Assembly: GCA_965237955.1 (NCBI GenBank)
Contig: OZ250169.1
Span: 1,152,001-1,216,000 of the forward strand
Reading direction: 5' to 3'
DNA length: 64,000 bases
Source: Candidatus Marinacidobacterales bacterium
GTDB taxonomy: Bacteria > Acidobacteriota > Vicinamibacteria > Marinacidobacterales > SMYC01
The translations under genes and the position numbers were made by a program. Below are positions 41,385-51,718 of this stretch, piece by piece. Below the pieces are notes generated by a model that saw only the letters and a program-made list of their open reading frames with translations, ran no database searches and was not told the origin of the DNA. Position 1 is the stretch's first letter; every line of letters begins with the position of its first letter.

Positions 41385-44171
41385 GTGATAGTGACACGAG
41401 CCGATCTCACCCTCCGGCGTTTCGAGACGCCGCTCCGGCCCGCGACCGCGTGGCTTCTCGGTGGAGCGGACCCGGCGTCGTGGCTCGAGGAGATTGCCCG
41501 GTGGCGCGTGCCCGATTCGAAGCAGGAGGCGTTGACGCTCTACGTGATGCCTGGGGTCGTTGGCGCGCTCGTGGCCGTCCCGCCGGAAACGCTCGTGAAA
41601 ATGAAGCCGTCGGGAGCTGCGTATGCTCGGCTCGGGGAGCGTTTGTTTCTGCCGGTCGATGCCGCCCTCGAGCCGCAGCTGTCGTTGCATGATCTCGAGC
41701 CGTTGCTGCGGCACGACGTGTCTGTGTTGCACCCAGGACTCGGTTGGGTGGGCTTCAGCGCCGAGCAAGGTCTCCATCCGTCCAACTTGATCGGGTTTCC
41801 GACGCTGGCGCCGGGTCGATGGCGTGAGCCTTCGGTGGGGCTTCGGTGGAATGCCCGTATTGTTTCGGTGTCGCTCGCGGCGCCGGTGTCGTTCGAGGAG
41901 TTCTTCGAAGAGCAGCAAGACGACATCGGCTCGTTCTCCATCGACGAGATTCCGCCCGCACCGAACGAGCCGGGCGAGGGTTTTGTCCAAGATCTGAAAC
42001 GAAAGGCCCTGGGACCCGTCGCGCGCGGGGCACGAGCGCTGAGCTCTCGCATGCCGAGTGGAGCGGATGCTCCGACGTGGGTCGATCGTCTCGAGGACTG
42101 GGCCAACCAAAAACTGCGTCACGTGTCGGAAGAGCTCGAGCGTCTGCGCAACAAAGAGATTCACCGTCTTCTCGAGTTGCTCGAATCGGATGCCGAGAAA
42201 GGTCTACAACACGCGTTGCCCCTCGGGGGCGGTACCCACCGCGGCCTCGCACCGCCGGTTGGACGTTTGACGGCGCGGCGCGTCGATTTCCAGCTAGGTG
42301 CGCTCGGAGGCGGCCGAGCACTCGATCCGTGGGATGTGCCGTACGATCTGAAGCAGAAGCTTCTGGCGAAATATCGCGATCTCGCGAACCGCGAGAAGCG
42401 CCTTAAGCGGTATCGACGAGCGGCGTACGTCTATGCAGAGCTCATCGGCGACCTCGAAACCGCGGCCGCAGTGCTCGAGGAGGGGAAGCACTTTCGCGAA
42501 GCCGCCGAAATCTACCGAAAACATTTGCACAAGCCTCTGCTTGCGGCGCGCACGTACGAGAGCGGGGGCCTCTTTCGCGAGGCCGTCGAAATCTACGAAG
42601 AGCTCGAGCTTTGGGAAGAAGCCGGCGACGTCTATTGCAAGATGGAGCAGTCGGCGAAAGCCCGGGCCGCGTTCGAGAGAGCACGCGACCACAAGCTTTC
42701 CTCTCGCGACCGCATCGGTGCATCCCGTATCGTGGAGACCAAGCTCGACGACGTCGAGGGCGCGCTCGAGATCGTTGAAGAGGGTTGGCCCGACTCCCGG
42801 CAGGCAAGTGATTGCCTGAAGCGGCAGCTCGGTATCCAGGCGTGCGAAGGGCTGCACGAGAGGACCGAGACGCTTTTGAAACGGCTCGCGTCGGAGACGA
42901 TTCCGCCTCATTTGATCACGAGCCTGGTGGCGTGCCTTTCGACGACGGCAACGTCTTATCCCAACGCGCGCGTTCGTCACCAAGCGGCGGATCTCACCCG
43001 GCGGAAGATATCCGGACGATTGGGAAAAGTGTCGCGCGACGAGGCGGCTCGGCTACTCGAAAGCCTGTACCGGCTCGCTCCCGAAGACCGCCTGCTCGCC
43101 CGCGATGGCGGTCGCTATCTCACCACGAAAGAGCGTCGCCAACCGAGGCCGCGCCGGCGGCGCGGCTCGAGCCCGGAGCCGGAGCTCGTCCGCTCGATCG
43201 AGCTCCCGAGCTCCGTCCGCTGGCTAGATATCCAATCGACGGGAAGCCTCTTCTTCGCGCTCGCGTACGCGCGGGACGAGATTCAGCTCTACCGTGGGAA
43301 TTGGAGCGGTGGGTTCGAGCACCTCGTCTGGCCGTTCGGAAACTCGGCGCAGGAGGTGCCGGTTCGAGGAACCATGCCGGTGCAGATGGAGCTCGACGCA
43401 ACCGGGCACCGGAACGTCATTCTGCGGCACATGATGGGACGAGAGCTTCCGCTGAAGGTGTTTCCCGTCTCACGGGACGTCATCGAAGCCGAAACCGTCG
43501 CCGGCGATCCGGGATGGCTTCCACGCGGAACGCTCGCGCTTTCGAACCTGTCACAGACTTGGGTCGCGCTGCGCCACCACGCCGAGCGTCTCATCATCAG
43601 TACTTACAACTACGAGGGTTCGCACCTCGCGGACATCGCTGACTGGGAGCGGCCAGAAGAGGGGCTCCACATGACGTTGGCGTGCCAGAACCACTACATC
43701 GTCGTGGGGCAGACTCATGAGCGGGAGTCCGCGGAGCTTCTGGTGTTCAACGTCGAGCGAAGCCAGCAGCTCGCGGATCCCGACACGTTTCTATCGCCGC
43801 AAAAATTCGTGATGGAGCCTGCGATTGTCAGCCTGCGCGTCGCTCAGCCGTTCACACGCAGCCGTGTCGCGATGACCATGCTCGAGGGCGTAGCGCTTCA
43901 CTGGCTCGATAGCGGCCAGGCGTACATCATCTCTTCCGATCTCGAGAAGCCGAGAGTGAACATTCTCAGAAATGGGTCGCTCGTCGTCGTTTCCGGAAAA
44001 ACCGTGCGCGTCTATCGAACCGACGACAGAGAGCCGACGTTGACGTCCGAGATGGAGCTTCCCGCGCAACACGGACAAGTCCTCGACGTCGTTCCCGGCT
44101 ACGCTCCGAACCAGTTCGCAATCTTCACGACGGACGGTCGGATGCTGGTGTTTGCTCTTCCGTCCGGGTGA
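41385..44171 (+). CDS. MoxR ternary system protein: N-terminal bpX3-like domain, TPR-like repeats, beta-propeller-like tail
   Basis: LFLPVDA.LEP, LHPGLG, ELERLRNKEI.RLL, YRRAAYVYAELIGD, A..YE.GG...EA...YEEL repeats. Confidence 0.78.
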   Translation: MIVTRADLTLRRFETPLRPATAWLLGGADPASWLEEIARWRVPDSKQEALTLYVMPGVVGALVAVPPETLVKMKPSGAAYARLGERLFLPVDAALEPQLSLHDLEPLLRHDVSVLHPGLGWVGFSAEQGLHPSNLIGFPTLAPGRWREPSVGLRWNARIVSVSLAAPVSFEEFFEEQQDDIGSFSIDEIPPAPNEPGEGFVQDLKRKALGPVARGARALSSRMPSGADAPTWVDRLEDWANQKLRHVSEELERLRNKEIHRLLELLESDAEKGLQHALPLGGGTHRGLAPPVGRLTARRVDFQLGALGGGRALDPWDVPYDLKQKLLAKYRDLANREKRLKRYRRAAYVYAELIGDLETAAAVLEEGKHFREAAEIYRKHLHKPLLAARTYESGGLFREAVEIYEELELWEEAGDVYCKMEQSAKARAAFERARDHKLSSRDRIGASRIVETKLDDVEGALEIVEEGWPDSRQASDCLKRQLGIQACEGLHERTETLLKRLASETIPPHLITSLVACLSTTATSYPNARVRHQAADLTRRKISGRLGKVSRDEAARLLESLYRLAPEDRLLARDGGRYLTTKERRQPRPRRRRGSSPEPELVRSIELPSSVRWLDIQSTGSLFFALAYARDEIQLYRGNWSGGFEHLVWPFGNSAQEVPVRGTMPVQMELDATGHRNVILRHMMGRELPLKVFPVSRDVIEAETVAGDPGWLPRGTLALSNLSQTWVALRHHAERLIISTYNYEGSHLADIADWERPEEGLHMTLACQNHYIVVGQTHERESAELLVFNVERSQQLADPDTFLSPQKFVMEPAIVSLRVAQPFTRSRVAMTMLEGVALHWLDSGQAYIISSDLEKPRVNILRNGSLVVVSGKTVRVYRTDDREPTLTSEMELPAQHGQVLDVVPGYAPNQFAIFTTDGRMLVFALPSG

Positions 44172-44178
44172 GCAACTC

Positions 44179-44556
44179 TTAGTGGTCTTCGCTCGCCATT
44201 TCTTCGAAAACGGCCAGAGCCGCCGACTGTCCGCTGGCGCCGGCTGCCCATCCCGCGTAGTGAGCGGTGTGGATCATGAGCTCCAGGATCTCTTCTTCGG
44301 TGAGCTTGTCCTCGCCGAGGCGGGCTCCGCGAAGGTGCGACTTCAGTTGATCCTGGCGCCCCTGAGTGGCGAGAAGCGCAATCGTGATGAGGCGCCGATC
44401 GCGGATGGAGAGGCCTTCGCGGGTCCAAACCTTCGCGAACAGGTGATTGATGGAGGGCTCACGAATGCCGGTGAGGGGCCGGTCCGCCGGCTCGGGCTGG
44501 CCGAGCACTTTTTCGTACATCTCGACCCCGACGGGGTCTTTTGGGATATCCGTCAT
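44179..44556 (-). CDS. Carboxymuconolactone decarboxylase family protein
   Basis: VWTREGLSIRDRRLITIA, HLRGA, EEILE..IH.AHYAGW. Confidence 0.88.
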   Translation of the reverse strand: MTDIPKDPVGVEMYEKVLGQPEPADRPLTGIREPSINHLFAKVWTREGLSIRDRRLITIALLATQGRQDQLKSHLRGARLGEDKLTEEEILELMIHTAHYAGWAAGASGQSAALAVFEEMASEDH

Positions 44557-44586
44557 GACTTGCTCCGTTCCTGTAGATGAGTTGCA

Positions 44587-44800
44587 TTAAGCCTTCGAAT
44601 ACACGGTATTGCCGCCGAGGACCGTGCGAACGATCTCGATTTCTTTGATCCCATCGGGGTCGGCGTCGTGGGGATCTTTTCCGGGTCGTCGGGTTCATGA
44701 ACTCCCAGCGCCGTTTGGCCTCTTGCGCGTCCGCCGTGCCGGATAGGGACGCGATGAAAGCGAGACAGTAGAACGCGGGCCAACGAGTGACCTTCATCAT
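44587..44800 (-). pseudogene. Chimeric relic: signal-peptide N-terminus fused to an amidohydrolase-like C-terminus
   Basis: MKVTRW...ADAQEAKRRWE joined to DPHDADPDGIKEIEIVRTVLGGNTVYSKA-stop. Confidence 0.5.
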
Positions 44801-44889
44801 GAGCTCCTCACAAACCCGAGGATTATATCGCGGCCACTCGGATACAATTGCGGCGGCTGGAAAACAAAGCGCGTTACAAGGAGGTTGCG

Positions 44890-46078
44890 ATGTCAGGTCG
44901 GTTGCGATTCAAGGTAGTGATAGCGGTCGTTGCGGCGAGCGCGGTGTTGATCGGCACGCTCTACGCTCAGGAGGGCACGGAGCCGACGCCGGTCCGGCAG
45001 AATCCAAACATCGACCGCCCGATCACGAACGAGAATTTCGACAGCGCCGTGGTCAATCTGCTCCAGCAGCTCGTGGCCGCGTACGGTCCGATCGCCAATG
45101 GCAACGACCGGCCCAATCCGTACACGCGCATCGAGCCGTGGGGAGAGCCGCCACCAGGAAACAACGGTGAGTGGGCGGCGGTGATCGGCGCGGAAGGCGG
45201 ACCCGACGGAAACCTCTACGTGCTTCACCGATGCCACTCGAACACCTGCGTCGATCGGCCGGAGCCACCGCTCGTCAAGTTGGACCCGCGAACGGGCGAG
45301 CGCCTCGATACCTGGGGCGAAGGATTGATGGCCTTCCCCGCACGGATTCCATGTCGACTACGAGGGGAACGTGTGGACCACGGACACGGGACGCGGGGAT
45401 GCAGCCGGTGGGCATCTCGTAAGAAAGTTCAGCTCCGAAGGTGAGCTTCTGATGACGATCGGACGCTCAGGGGTCGCCGGTGACACTCCGGGGCTCCTCC
45501 GCGAACCAACCGATGTCGTGGTCTCACCCGAGGGCACAATCTTCGTGACCGAGGGTCACCTGAAAAACGGTCCCCATGCGCGCCTCTCGAAGTTCGCGCC
45601 AGACGGATCGTTCATCGAGCGTTTCGGCAGCACAGGGCAGGGCCACCTCCAGTTCAGCGCGCCCCACGCCATCGCGTTGGATACCCAGGGGCGTCTTTTC
45701 ATCGCCGACCGCAACAACAATCGGATCATGATCTGGGACCAGGAAGGGAACTACATCGATCAGTGGACTCAGTTCGGTCGGCCGAGCGGCGTGTACATCG
45801 ACCACACCGACACGATCTACGTCGCCGACTCGGAATCCTGGGGGCCTGAGAACCCAGCCTGGGAAAAAGGGATTCGGATCGGAAGCGCCAAGACCGGGCA
45901 GGTCCACTACTTCCTCGAGGATATCGAATCGCGCGACTTCGCCCACAGCGGGGCGGAAGGCATCGGCGTCGATTCTCTTGGCAATGTGTACGGGGGAGTC
46001 GTTCGCAGGCAGATGCTGGAGCGACATGAACCCCAAGCGGTGCAGCCGACCCTCGGCGCGACGTGGCCAGTTCGGTAA
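44890..46078 (+). pseudogene. Secreted NHL-repeat protein (PAL-like beta-propeller), one frameshift near 45338
   Basis: PTDVVVSPEG.IFVTEG, PHAIALD.QGRLFIADRNN, FGRPSG; FPHGFHVD split at a C-run. Confidence 0.85.
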
Positions 46079-46191
46079 CCTCAGTGAGCTTCTCGCGAAA
46101 CTGCGAGTCGGGACTTAGCATCCAACTCCGCACCCAGTGCGGTCGAATCTCAGCTTGGGCAGGACGCGCTGCACATATCAAATAAAGTCAA

Positions 46192-47043
46192 TGTGCAACC
46201 GCCTACATCGGTAACGAAACAGACCGGGCACATAGGTAACACTTTGCGGTGTCGTGGATTCTCTTCGAGATCATTTCGGGCCTCGTCTTTTGTATGGCCT
46301 TTTGCTTCGTCGTTCGGGAGAAACTAGAAGCTCAAAGGCGCGATATCCGCGGTCCCTGGCGTTTCGAACATCGAGAATCCCGAGAGGGATGGGACCGAAG
46401 TGAACCTTCCAACGGTCGTCATCGACTTGCTCGAGACCGACGCGCTCTGACTTTAGACAGCTCCTTATGTACCACTGCTTGGACTCAAAAGAGAGCATTC
46501 CGTTGGGATAGGTCTGGGCGACGTAGAAGTGCTCCGGGCATTCGAGTTGCGGGAGCTGACGAGGGTAGGGGCGGCGCGACGGCTGATAGCGAGATGCAGG
46601 AACCTCCTGACCAAGTGCCTCATGCGGACGGATTTCGTTGTATTCCTCCCGGAACCGATCGAATGCCCGTTGCTGTGCTCGAAAGCGCTCACGGTCAAGG
46701 GGTGGCAACGCTCCCCTGCAACCGGAAAATGTCCCTTGAAGTCGGCACACCACACCGCATTGGGGCTCCCGTAGTCGCCCAGACGATCGCCATACGGAGA
46801 GCTTCGGCGTATCCGCCGCCGCTTCTGGATGAGCCCATTCTTACGCAGAACCTCTCCGATCGTGCTCGTCGCCGGCAGCGCGAGCTGCGGATAGTGCCGT
46901 TGCAGGATGACACGCAACTTGCGCGGTCCCCAACGCGGGTGTTTCTTCCGGGCTCTCAGAATCTTTTCCACCACGTCGTCCGCGACAGCGTGAGGATGCG
47001 ACAAAGGGGCGCGAGAACGCTCTTCCAGACCTGCGACCCCATC
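46192..47043 (-). mobile_element. IS481-family remnant with right end
   Basis: HPRWGPRKL, WCADFKG, CHPLT, YNEIRPHEALG; end TGT with repeated ACATMGGTAAC. Confidence 0.85.
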
Positions 47044-47174
47044 TGTTAGCGGCGGGCGTAAATTGCACACTCGGCCATCCGTAAAAGGAGGCCGTTGTCG
47101 TGTGTCTGGAGTGCCAGACATGACGGCGCGCCTTCAATCAGAATGGCGTTTCCGGAGTGGAGGCGCCGATGTAC
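47044..47174 (+). mobile_element. Possible IS21-like terminal fragment
   Basis: TGTTAGCGGCGGGCGTAAATTGCACAC sits where the IS481 transposase is cut. Confidence 0.35.
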
Positions 47175-48261
47175 TGCCTTGGTGCACAACTCCGATAGAG
47201 GCCGATAGCTCGCTTGGCCCCGACTCCCATCATCCGATCATCTCGCTATCAGGCATCCCGAGCGCCGTCATCGTGTTGAGAATCTTGCACCCGATCCTTG
47301 CCTCGACTCTCTGTGCCGCCAACCCTCTCGCTCGCATCGCTGAGCCCACGATAGCCTTGTAGCGATGGAACGTTGTCTCGACTTTGCTCCGTTTGCTGTA
47401 GCCCGATTCTGTGTGCCACTTTCGTTTGCCGAGCCGAGCTTGTGCTGCAATGTTGCGATTGCGCTGTCGGCTGCTCGCCGGCCCCGATGCGAGCTGGGCG
47501 CCCTTGCGCGGCGGTATCAGCACCCTCGGCGAGCAATGAGCGCTGTGATTCTCGATTGCCTCATAGACGCCGCCGGCGTCGTATGCGGTGTCAGCTCTGG
47601 CCGATGAGATGGGACTGTCGATCTGTCCGACAAGCGATGCAACCCGCGATGAATCGCGGGCTCTTTTGCTCGTCAGCTCGCCGGCGACGACTTCGCCACT
47701 CTGCTCGTCGACACACAGATGGAGCTTGCGATAGTCCCTGCTCTTTGGTGCTCTGCGCAGCTGGCCGGCGTGGACAGCGAGACCGCTGCTGTCGATCAAG
47801 ATGTGCAACGGCGTCTTCTGCTTGTCTTGGTAGAAGGGGACCTTACCCAGCTTCGCCTTGCGCCTCGAGATCGTGGTGTGATCGGGCACATCATTGTCTA
47901 GCTTCATCAGAGCGAACAACGATCGCAGCAATCCCTCGCTCTGCCTAGATGACAGATGAAACACCATGCCCAGGGTGACAGCCGTCTCGATGGCGTGGTT
48001 CGAGTACTTGCGTTGACGGCCCGGGTTCCTCCTCCTCGGCCGGGGCGCGTCCCAGTTCACAAGCTTGCCGGCGGTGAGCGAGATCCAGACGGTCAGGCTC
48101 CCACGGTTGCGTAGACCCGCCTCATATTCACGCCAATTCCTCACGCGATAGGCCTTCTTCACATACTTCCGCTGAGTGCGTTTGAAAATGCTCATGGGGA
48201 ACCTCGAATCCGTGAGTAAAGGACAATTGTGGACCGAGATCGCGAGTTGTGCACCAAGGCA
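47175..48261 (-). mobile_element. IS5 family (IS903 group) full copy B, 1087 bp
   Basis: 18-bp perfect IR TGCCTTGGTGCACAACTC; no target duplication. Confidence 0.95.
47230..48195 (-). CDS. IS5/IS903 transposase
   Basis: YRVRNWREYEAGLRNRGSLTVW, VPDHTTISRR, IDSSG, RKLHL, ADTAYD, GYSKRSKVET. Confidence 0.95.
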   Translation of the reverse strand: MSIFKRTQRKYVKKAYRVRNWREYEAGLRNRGSLTVWISLTAGKLVNWDAPRPRRRNPGRQRKYSNHAIETAVTLGMVFHLSSRQSEGLLRSLFALMKLDNDVPDHTTISRRKAKLGKVPFYQDKQKTPLHILIDSSGLAVHAGQLRRAPKSRDYRKLHLCVDEQSGEVVAGELTSKRARDSSRVASLVGQIDSPISSARADTAYDAGGVYEAIENHSAHCSPRVLIPPRKGAQLASGPASSRQRNRNIAAQARLGKRKWHTESGYSKRSKVETTFHRYKAIVGSAMRARGLAAQRVEARIGCKILNTMTALGMPDSEMIG

Positions 48262-48679
48262 TCAAGTTGTCCGGTTTCAGATCCCGGTGGATGATGCCCT
48301 TCTGGTGCGCCGCACTCACCGCATCGGCGAGCGGAATCGCCAGCTCGAAGAACTGGTTCAGCGCCAGGCCCTTCTTCGGGATCAGCTCCGTGAGCGTCTT
48401 CCCCTTCACCAACTGCATTGTGTAGAAGGAGACGCCGTCGGCTTCTTCGACCGAATAGATGGTGACGATGTTGGGATGGTCGAGGGACGCGACCGCCTTC
48501 GCCTCCCGTTCGAAGCGCATGCGACGCTCGCCAGTGGCCATCTCGGGCGGGAGGACCTTGATGGCTATCTCGCGCTCGAGCTTGGGGTCCTTCGCTCGAT
48601 ACACCTCGCCCATCCCGCCAGAGCCGAGAGACGAGAGGATTTCGTAGGAACCAAGGCGAGTACCGGAAGCGAAGACCAT
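48262..48679 (-). pseudogene. Ser/Thr protein kinase N-terminus, truncated by IS
   Basis: LGSGGMGEVY, IAIKVL, HPNIV, HRDLKPDNL, then IS end. Confidence 0.92.
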
Positions 48680-48734
48680 TGGCCACCTCTAACGTGGAGC
48701 TAATCTATCGGCTATCTCGTATCAATTCAACTGA

Positions 48735-48763
48735 TTGACAACACAGAGCGTGGCGCCTACACT
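48735..48763 (+). promoter_or_regulatory. Sigma70-type promoter
   Basis: TTGACA-17 bp-TACACT. Confidence 0.8.
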
Positions 48764-48792
48764 GCGGCGCTGATCGAAAAGGAGAGATTCCC

Positions 48793-50070
48793 ATGAGCTT
48801 ACTGGACCGCCGTGGCTTCCTCACGACAACCGCTGCCGGGCTGGCATCGCTCGCGACCGCCCGCGGCATGGCCGAGCCCGCCGACGAGGATCCGCTCAGG
48901 GTGCGCGCCGATTTTCCCATCACCCGGAACCAGACGTTTCTCAACACCGCCTGGATCGGCCCGATTCCGCAGGTGGCGAGAGACGCCGCCGTCGAGTACG
49001 CCGACGAAACGTTGATGTGGGCGGATATCCGCAGTCGATTGATGCAGAAAGAAATGGCGCGCGCCGCGTTTGCTGAGCTCTTCGGCGCCAAGCCGGACGA
49101 GGTGGCTCTTCTCTTCACGACGGCCGACGGAGAGGCAGTCATCACCCACGGCCTCGATCTCAAACCCGGCGACAACATCGTTGTGGACGCGCTCCACTAT
49201 ATCGGGACCTTCCTCCTCTACAAGCAGCTCCAAGAGGAAAAGGGCATCGAGCTCCGTATCGTTCCCGAGACGGAGGGCCGTGTGCGGATCGAAGATTTCG
49301 ATGCGCGCATCGACGAAAGAACCCGGCTCGTGTCCGTGGCCTGGGTGTCGAACCGCAACGGCTATCGACACGACCTCCGCGCTCTGACCGAACTCGCTCA
49401 CGCCAAAGGTACTCTCATGTACGCGGACGCCGTCCAGGCCCTCGGCACCTGTCCCACCAACCTCACCGAGCTGGGCGTGGACTTTGCCTGCTGCGCTGCC
49501 CACAAGTGGCTTTTCGCGGGCTTCGGCGTGGCGCCGTTCTTTATCCGCGAGGAGCACCTCGATCGCATTCGGCCCGATCGCTACGGCCACGGCACGGTCG
49601 CGGAGACGCTCACGCCCGCCGGCTCGACCCGGACATCGAGCGCGACCGGTCAGGTTGGTGGCCAGGGGCGTTTCCCCGAGCTCGATTTCCAACTCCGCAC
49701 TACTGCGCGGAAGTACGAGTACTCCTGCGTCTCCTACAGCACGGTCGCCCAACTCGTCGCCACGCTCGGCTTATTCAAGAAGGTCGGTCTTTCGAGAATC
49801 GAAGAGCACACGATGCCGCTTGCCCAAGAGCTCCGGGACGGCGTCGCCGAGTTGGGATTCGAGACTTGGACGCCCAAAGGCAACGGGTCACCCATCGTGA
49901 GCTTCGTTCATGGGCAAGACATCGAGCATCTGAAACGCCTTCTGAAGGAAGAAGCCATCTCGGTCAGCTTCCGGGAGAAGAACCACACCCTGATGCGCGT
50001 GAGTGTCTCCATGTTCAACAACCGCGCCGACGTCCAGCGATTGCTGAAGCTGCTCAAAAAGGTCGCTTGA
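48793..50070 (+). CDS. Tat-exported class V PLP-dependent enzyme, paralog of 24771..26024
   Basis: DRRGFL, DAVQALG, CAAHKWL, MRVSVSMFNN. Confidence 0.9.
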   Translation: MSLLDRRGFLTTTAAGLASLATARGMAEPADEDPLRVRADFPITRNQTFLNTAWIGPIPQVARDAAVEYADETLMWADIRSRLMQKEMARAAFAELFGAKPDEVALLFTTADGEAVITHGLDLKPGDNIVVDALHYIGTFLLYKQLQEEKGIELRIVPETEGRVRIEDFDARIDERTRLVSVAWVSNRNGYRHDLRALTELAHAKGTLMYADAVQALGTCPTNLTELGVDFACCAAHKWLFAGFGVAPFFIREEHLDRIRPDRYGHGTVAETLTPAGSTRTSSATGQVGGQGRFPELDFQLRTTARKYEYSCVSYSTVAQLVATLGLFKKVGLSRIEEHTMPLAQELRDGVAELGFETWTPKGNGSPIVSFVHGQDIEHLKRLLKEEAISVSFREKNHTLMRVSVSMFNNRADVQRLLKLLKKVA

Positions 50071-50109
50071 CTCGGTCCCAGATGGCCAACACGGGGCCGC
50101 GCACAACGG

Positions 50110-50180
50110 ATGGGCGAGGAACTCGACCACCTGCGGGCTTTTGATCGCGTCGGGATACAGCGCGAAGTAGAAGTTCCACC
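50110..50180 (-). mobile_element. Tiny IS630-like transposase remnant
   Basis: WNFYFALYPDAIKSPQVVEFLAH. Confidence 0.45.
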
Positions 50181-50253
50181 GGTACTGTCAAGTTGAAGCA
50201 TTCAGCGCCGATCCGACCCCAAGATGTCGGCAACACGGTGCGCTCGAGCCCCA
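50181..50253 (+). mobile_element. Second copy of the left end of the 10695 MITE family
   Basis: GGTACTGTCAAGTTG, ATCCGaCCCCAAGATGT and GAGCCC at the same offsets (0, 30, 65) as in 10696-10766. Confidence 0.65.
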
Positions 50254-50399
50254 TCCAGTGTCGTCTCGACGCCCGTTCTTGAAGGGCTCCATCACGAATA
50301 CCAACTCACGTCCGCCGCCTGAGCACCAAAGCCTCGAGCCTCGGCAGTGAAATCTCGGTCCCGGTGTACCATAGGCTCGTTCAGACAAGGAGAGAATCG

Positions 50400-51254
50400 G
50401 TGGGACAAGAGTTGAAGGGATTGAGCGGGCTTCGGGTCGTCAGTTTCGAGAGCCGCCGTTCGGAGGACATGGCGAATCTCATCCGGAACCACGGAGGCGA
50501 GCCCATCCAGGCCCCGTCGATGCAAGAGATACCTCTAACCGAGCAGCGCGAAGCGCTCGAGTTCGGAGAGGTGTTGATGGGTGGCGCCTGTGACGTGTTG
50601 ATTCTTCTGACCGGTGTCGGCACCCGGATGTTGGTGGATACGCTCGCCACACGGCGGCCGCGTGAGGAGGTCCTCGAAGCATTCGGGAAACCTGCACTGG
50701 TCTGTCGCGGACCGAAACCGATTAGGGCACTCAAGAAAATGGGACTCCGCCCCACGCTTACCGTCGGTGAGCCCAACACCTGGCGTGATCTGTTACAGGC
50801 ACTCGATGACGAGCTGCCCGTTTCGGGGAAGCGAGTCGCCGTTCAAGAGTACGGAGCTCGCAATCAGGAGCTCCTCGATGGGCTCCGGGAAAGAAATGCC
50901 GTCGTCACTCCCGTCCCGGTCTACGGGTGGGAACTCCCCGACGACACCACGCCTCTGAAAAACGCCATCGCGCGCGGAGTGGCCGGCGAGATAGACGTTG
51001 CTGTGTTCACTAGCGCCCCCCAGGTGGACCATCTTTTTCAAGTGGCGGAACAGCAAGCGCGAGCAGATGAGCTTCGAGAAGCTTTTCGCAGCCGAATCTT
51101 GGTCGCTTCGATCGGCCCGATGACGAACGAAGCCCTCATGCGTTTGGGCGTCGAGGCGGATATCGTTCCCGAGCATCCCAAGATGGGACACCTGGTAAGC
51201 GCTTTGGCGGAAGGGGCTGCGCGGGGGCTCGAACGCAAGCGCAGCCGGGACTAG
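50400..51254 (+). CDS. hemD: Uroporphyrinogen-III synthase
   Basis: ESRR, LLTGVG, RGPKP, VAVQEYG, PVYGW.LP, FTSAPQ, ASIGP, HPKMG.LV. Confidence 0.88.
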   Translation: MGQELKGLSGLRVVSFESRRSEDMANLIRNHGGEPIQAPSMQEIPLTEQREALEFGEVLMGGACDVLILLTGVGTRMLVDTLATRRPREEVLEAFGKPALVCRGPKPIRALKKMGLRPTLTVGEPNTWRDLLQALDDELPVSGKRVAVQEYGARNQELLDGLRERNAVVTPVPVYGWELPDDTTPLKNAIARGVAGEIDVAVFTSAPQVDHLFQVAEQQARADELREAFRSRILVASIGPMTNEALMRLGVEADIVPEHPKMGHLVSALAEGAARGLERKRSRD

Positions 51255-51529
51255 CGCTCTAGTCGGGAGACGCGCTCGCCGATATCTGGGGGCGAGGAGA
51301 CCTCGATGCATGGCCCCTGGATGTGCAACCGCTAGGCCTTCGGGCGCAGGGGGGCAGAGCGTTGAGGAGGGTCTCGGCTATTGCGGTTTTCGAGGTGGTC
51401 CAAGTTCTAACTCGACATAGCCGTGAGTGGACTGCACGAAAGGTGCAAGGGGATGAGTCGCGTTCATGCTTGGTCTCCTTTTGTTAGGATGTTTTGACGG
51501 AAGTTGTCGAGGAAGCGCTGGTTCGCCTC

Positions 51530-51616
51530 TTCGAGCATTCCGGCTCGGGAGAGGTCATCGTGTCCGTGCTTACAGGACACGGCTTAAAAGCAACTGAAAA
51601 AATAGTGAGGATGTGA
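51530..51616 (+). pseudogene. Orphan threonine-synthase-like C-terminus
   Basis: GEVIVSVLTGHGLKATEKIVRM-stop. Confidence 0.55.
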
Positions 51617-51718
51617 AACTCCTTTCATCGGGAGGGAAGGTTTTGCCGAGGGCGGATTGGGAGATTCCACTCGCTCGCTGAACAACGACATTGTTCGCAA
51701 TAAATTAGGAGGAACAGG

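Noticed and set aside
48793-50070. Assembly duplicate of 24771..26024
   Set aside because: Numerous substitutions and indels show that these are true paralogs
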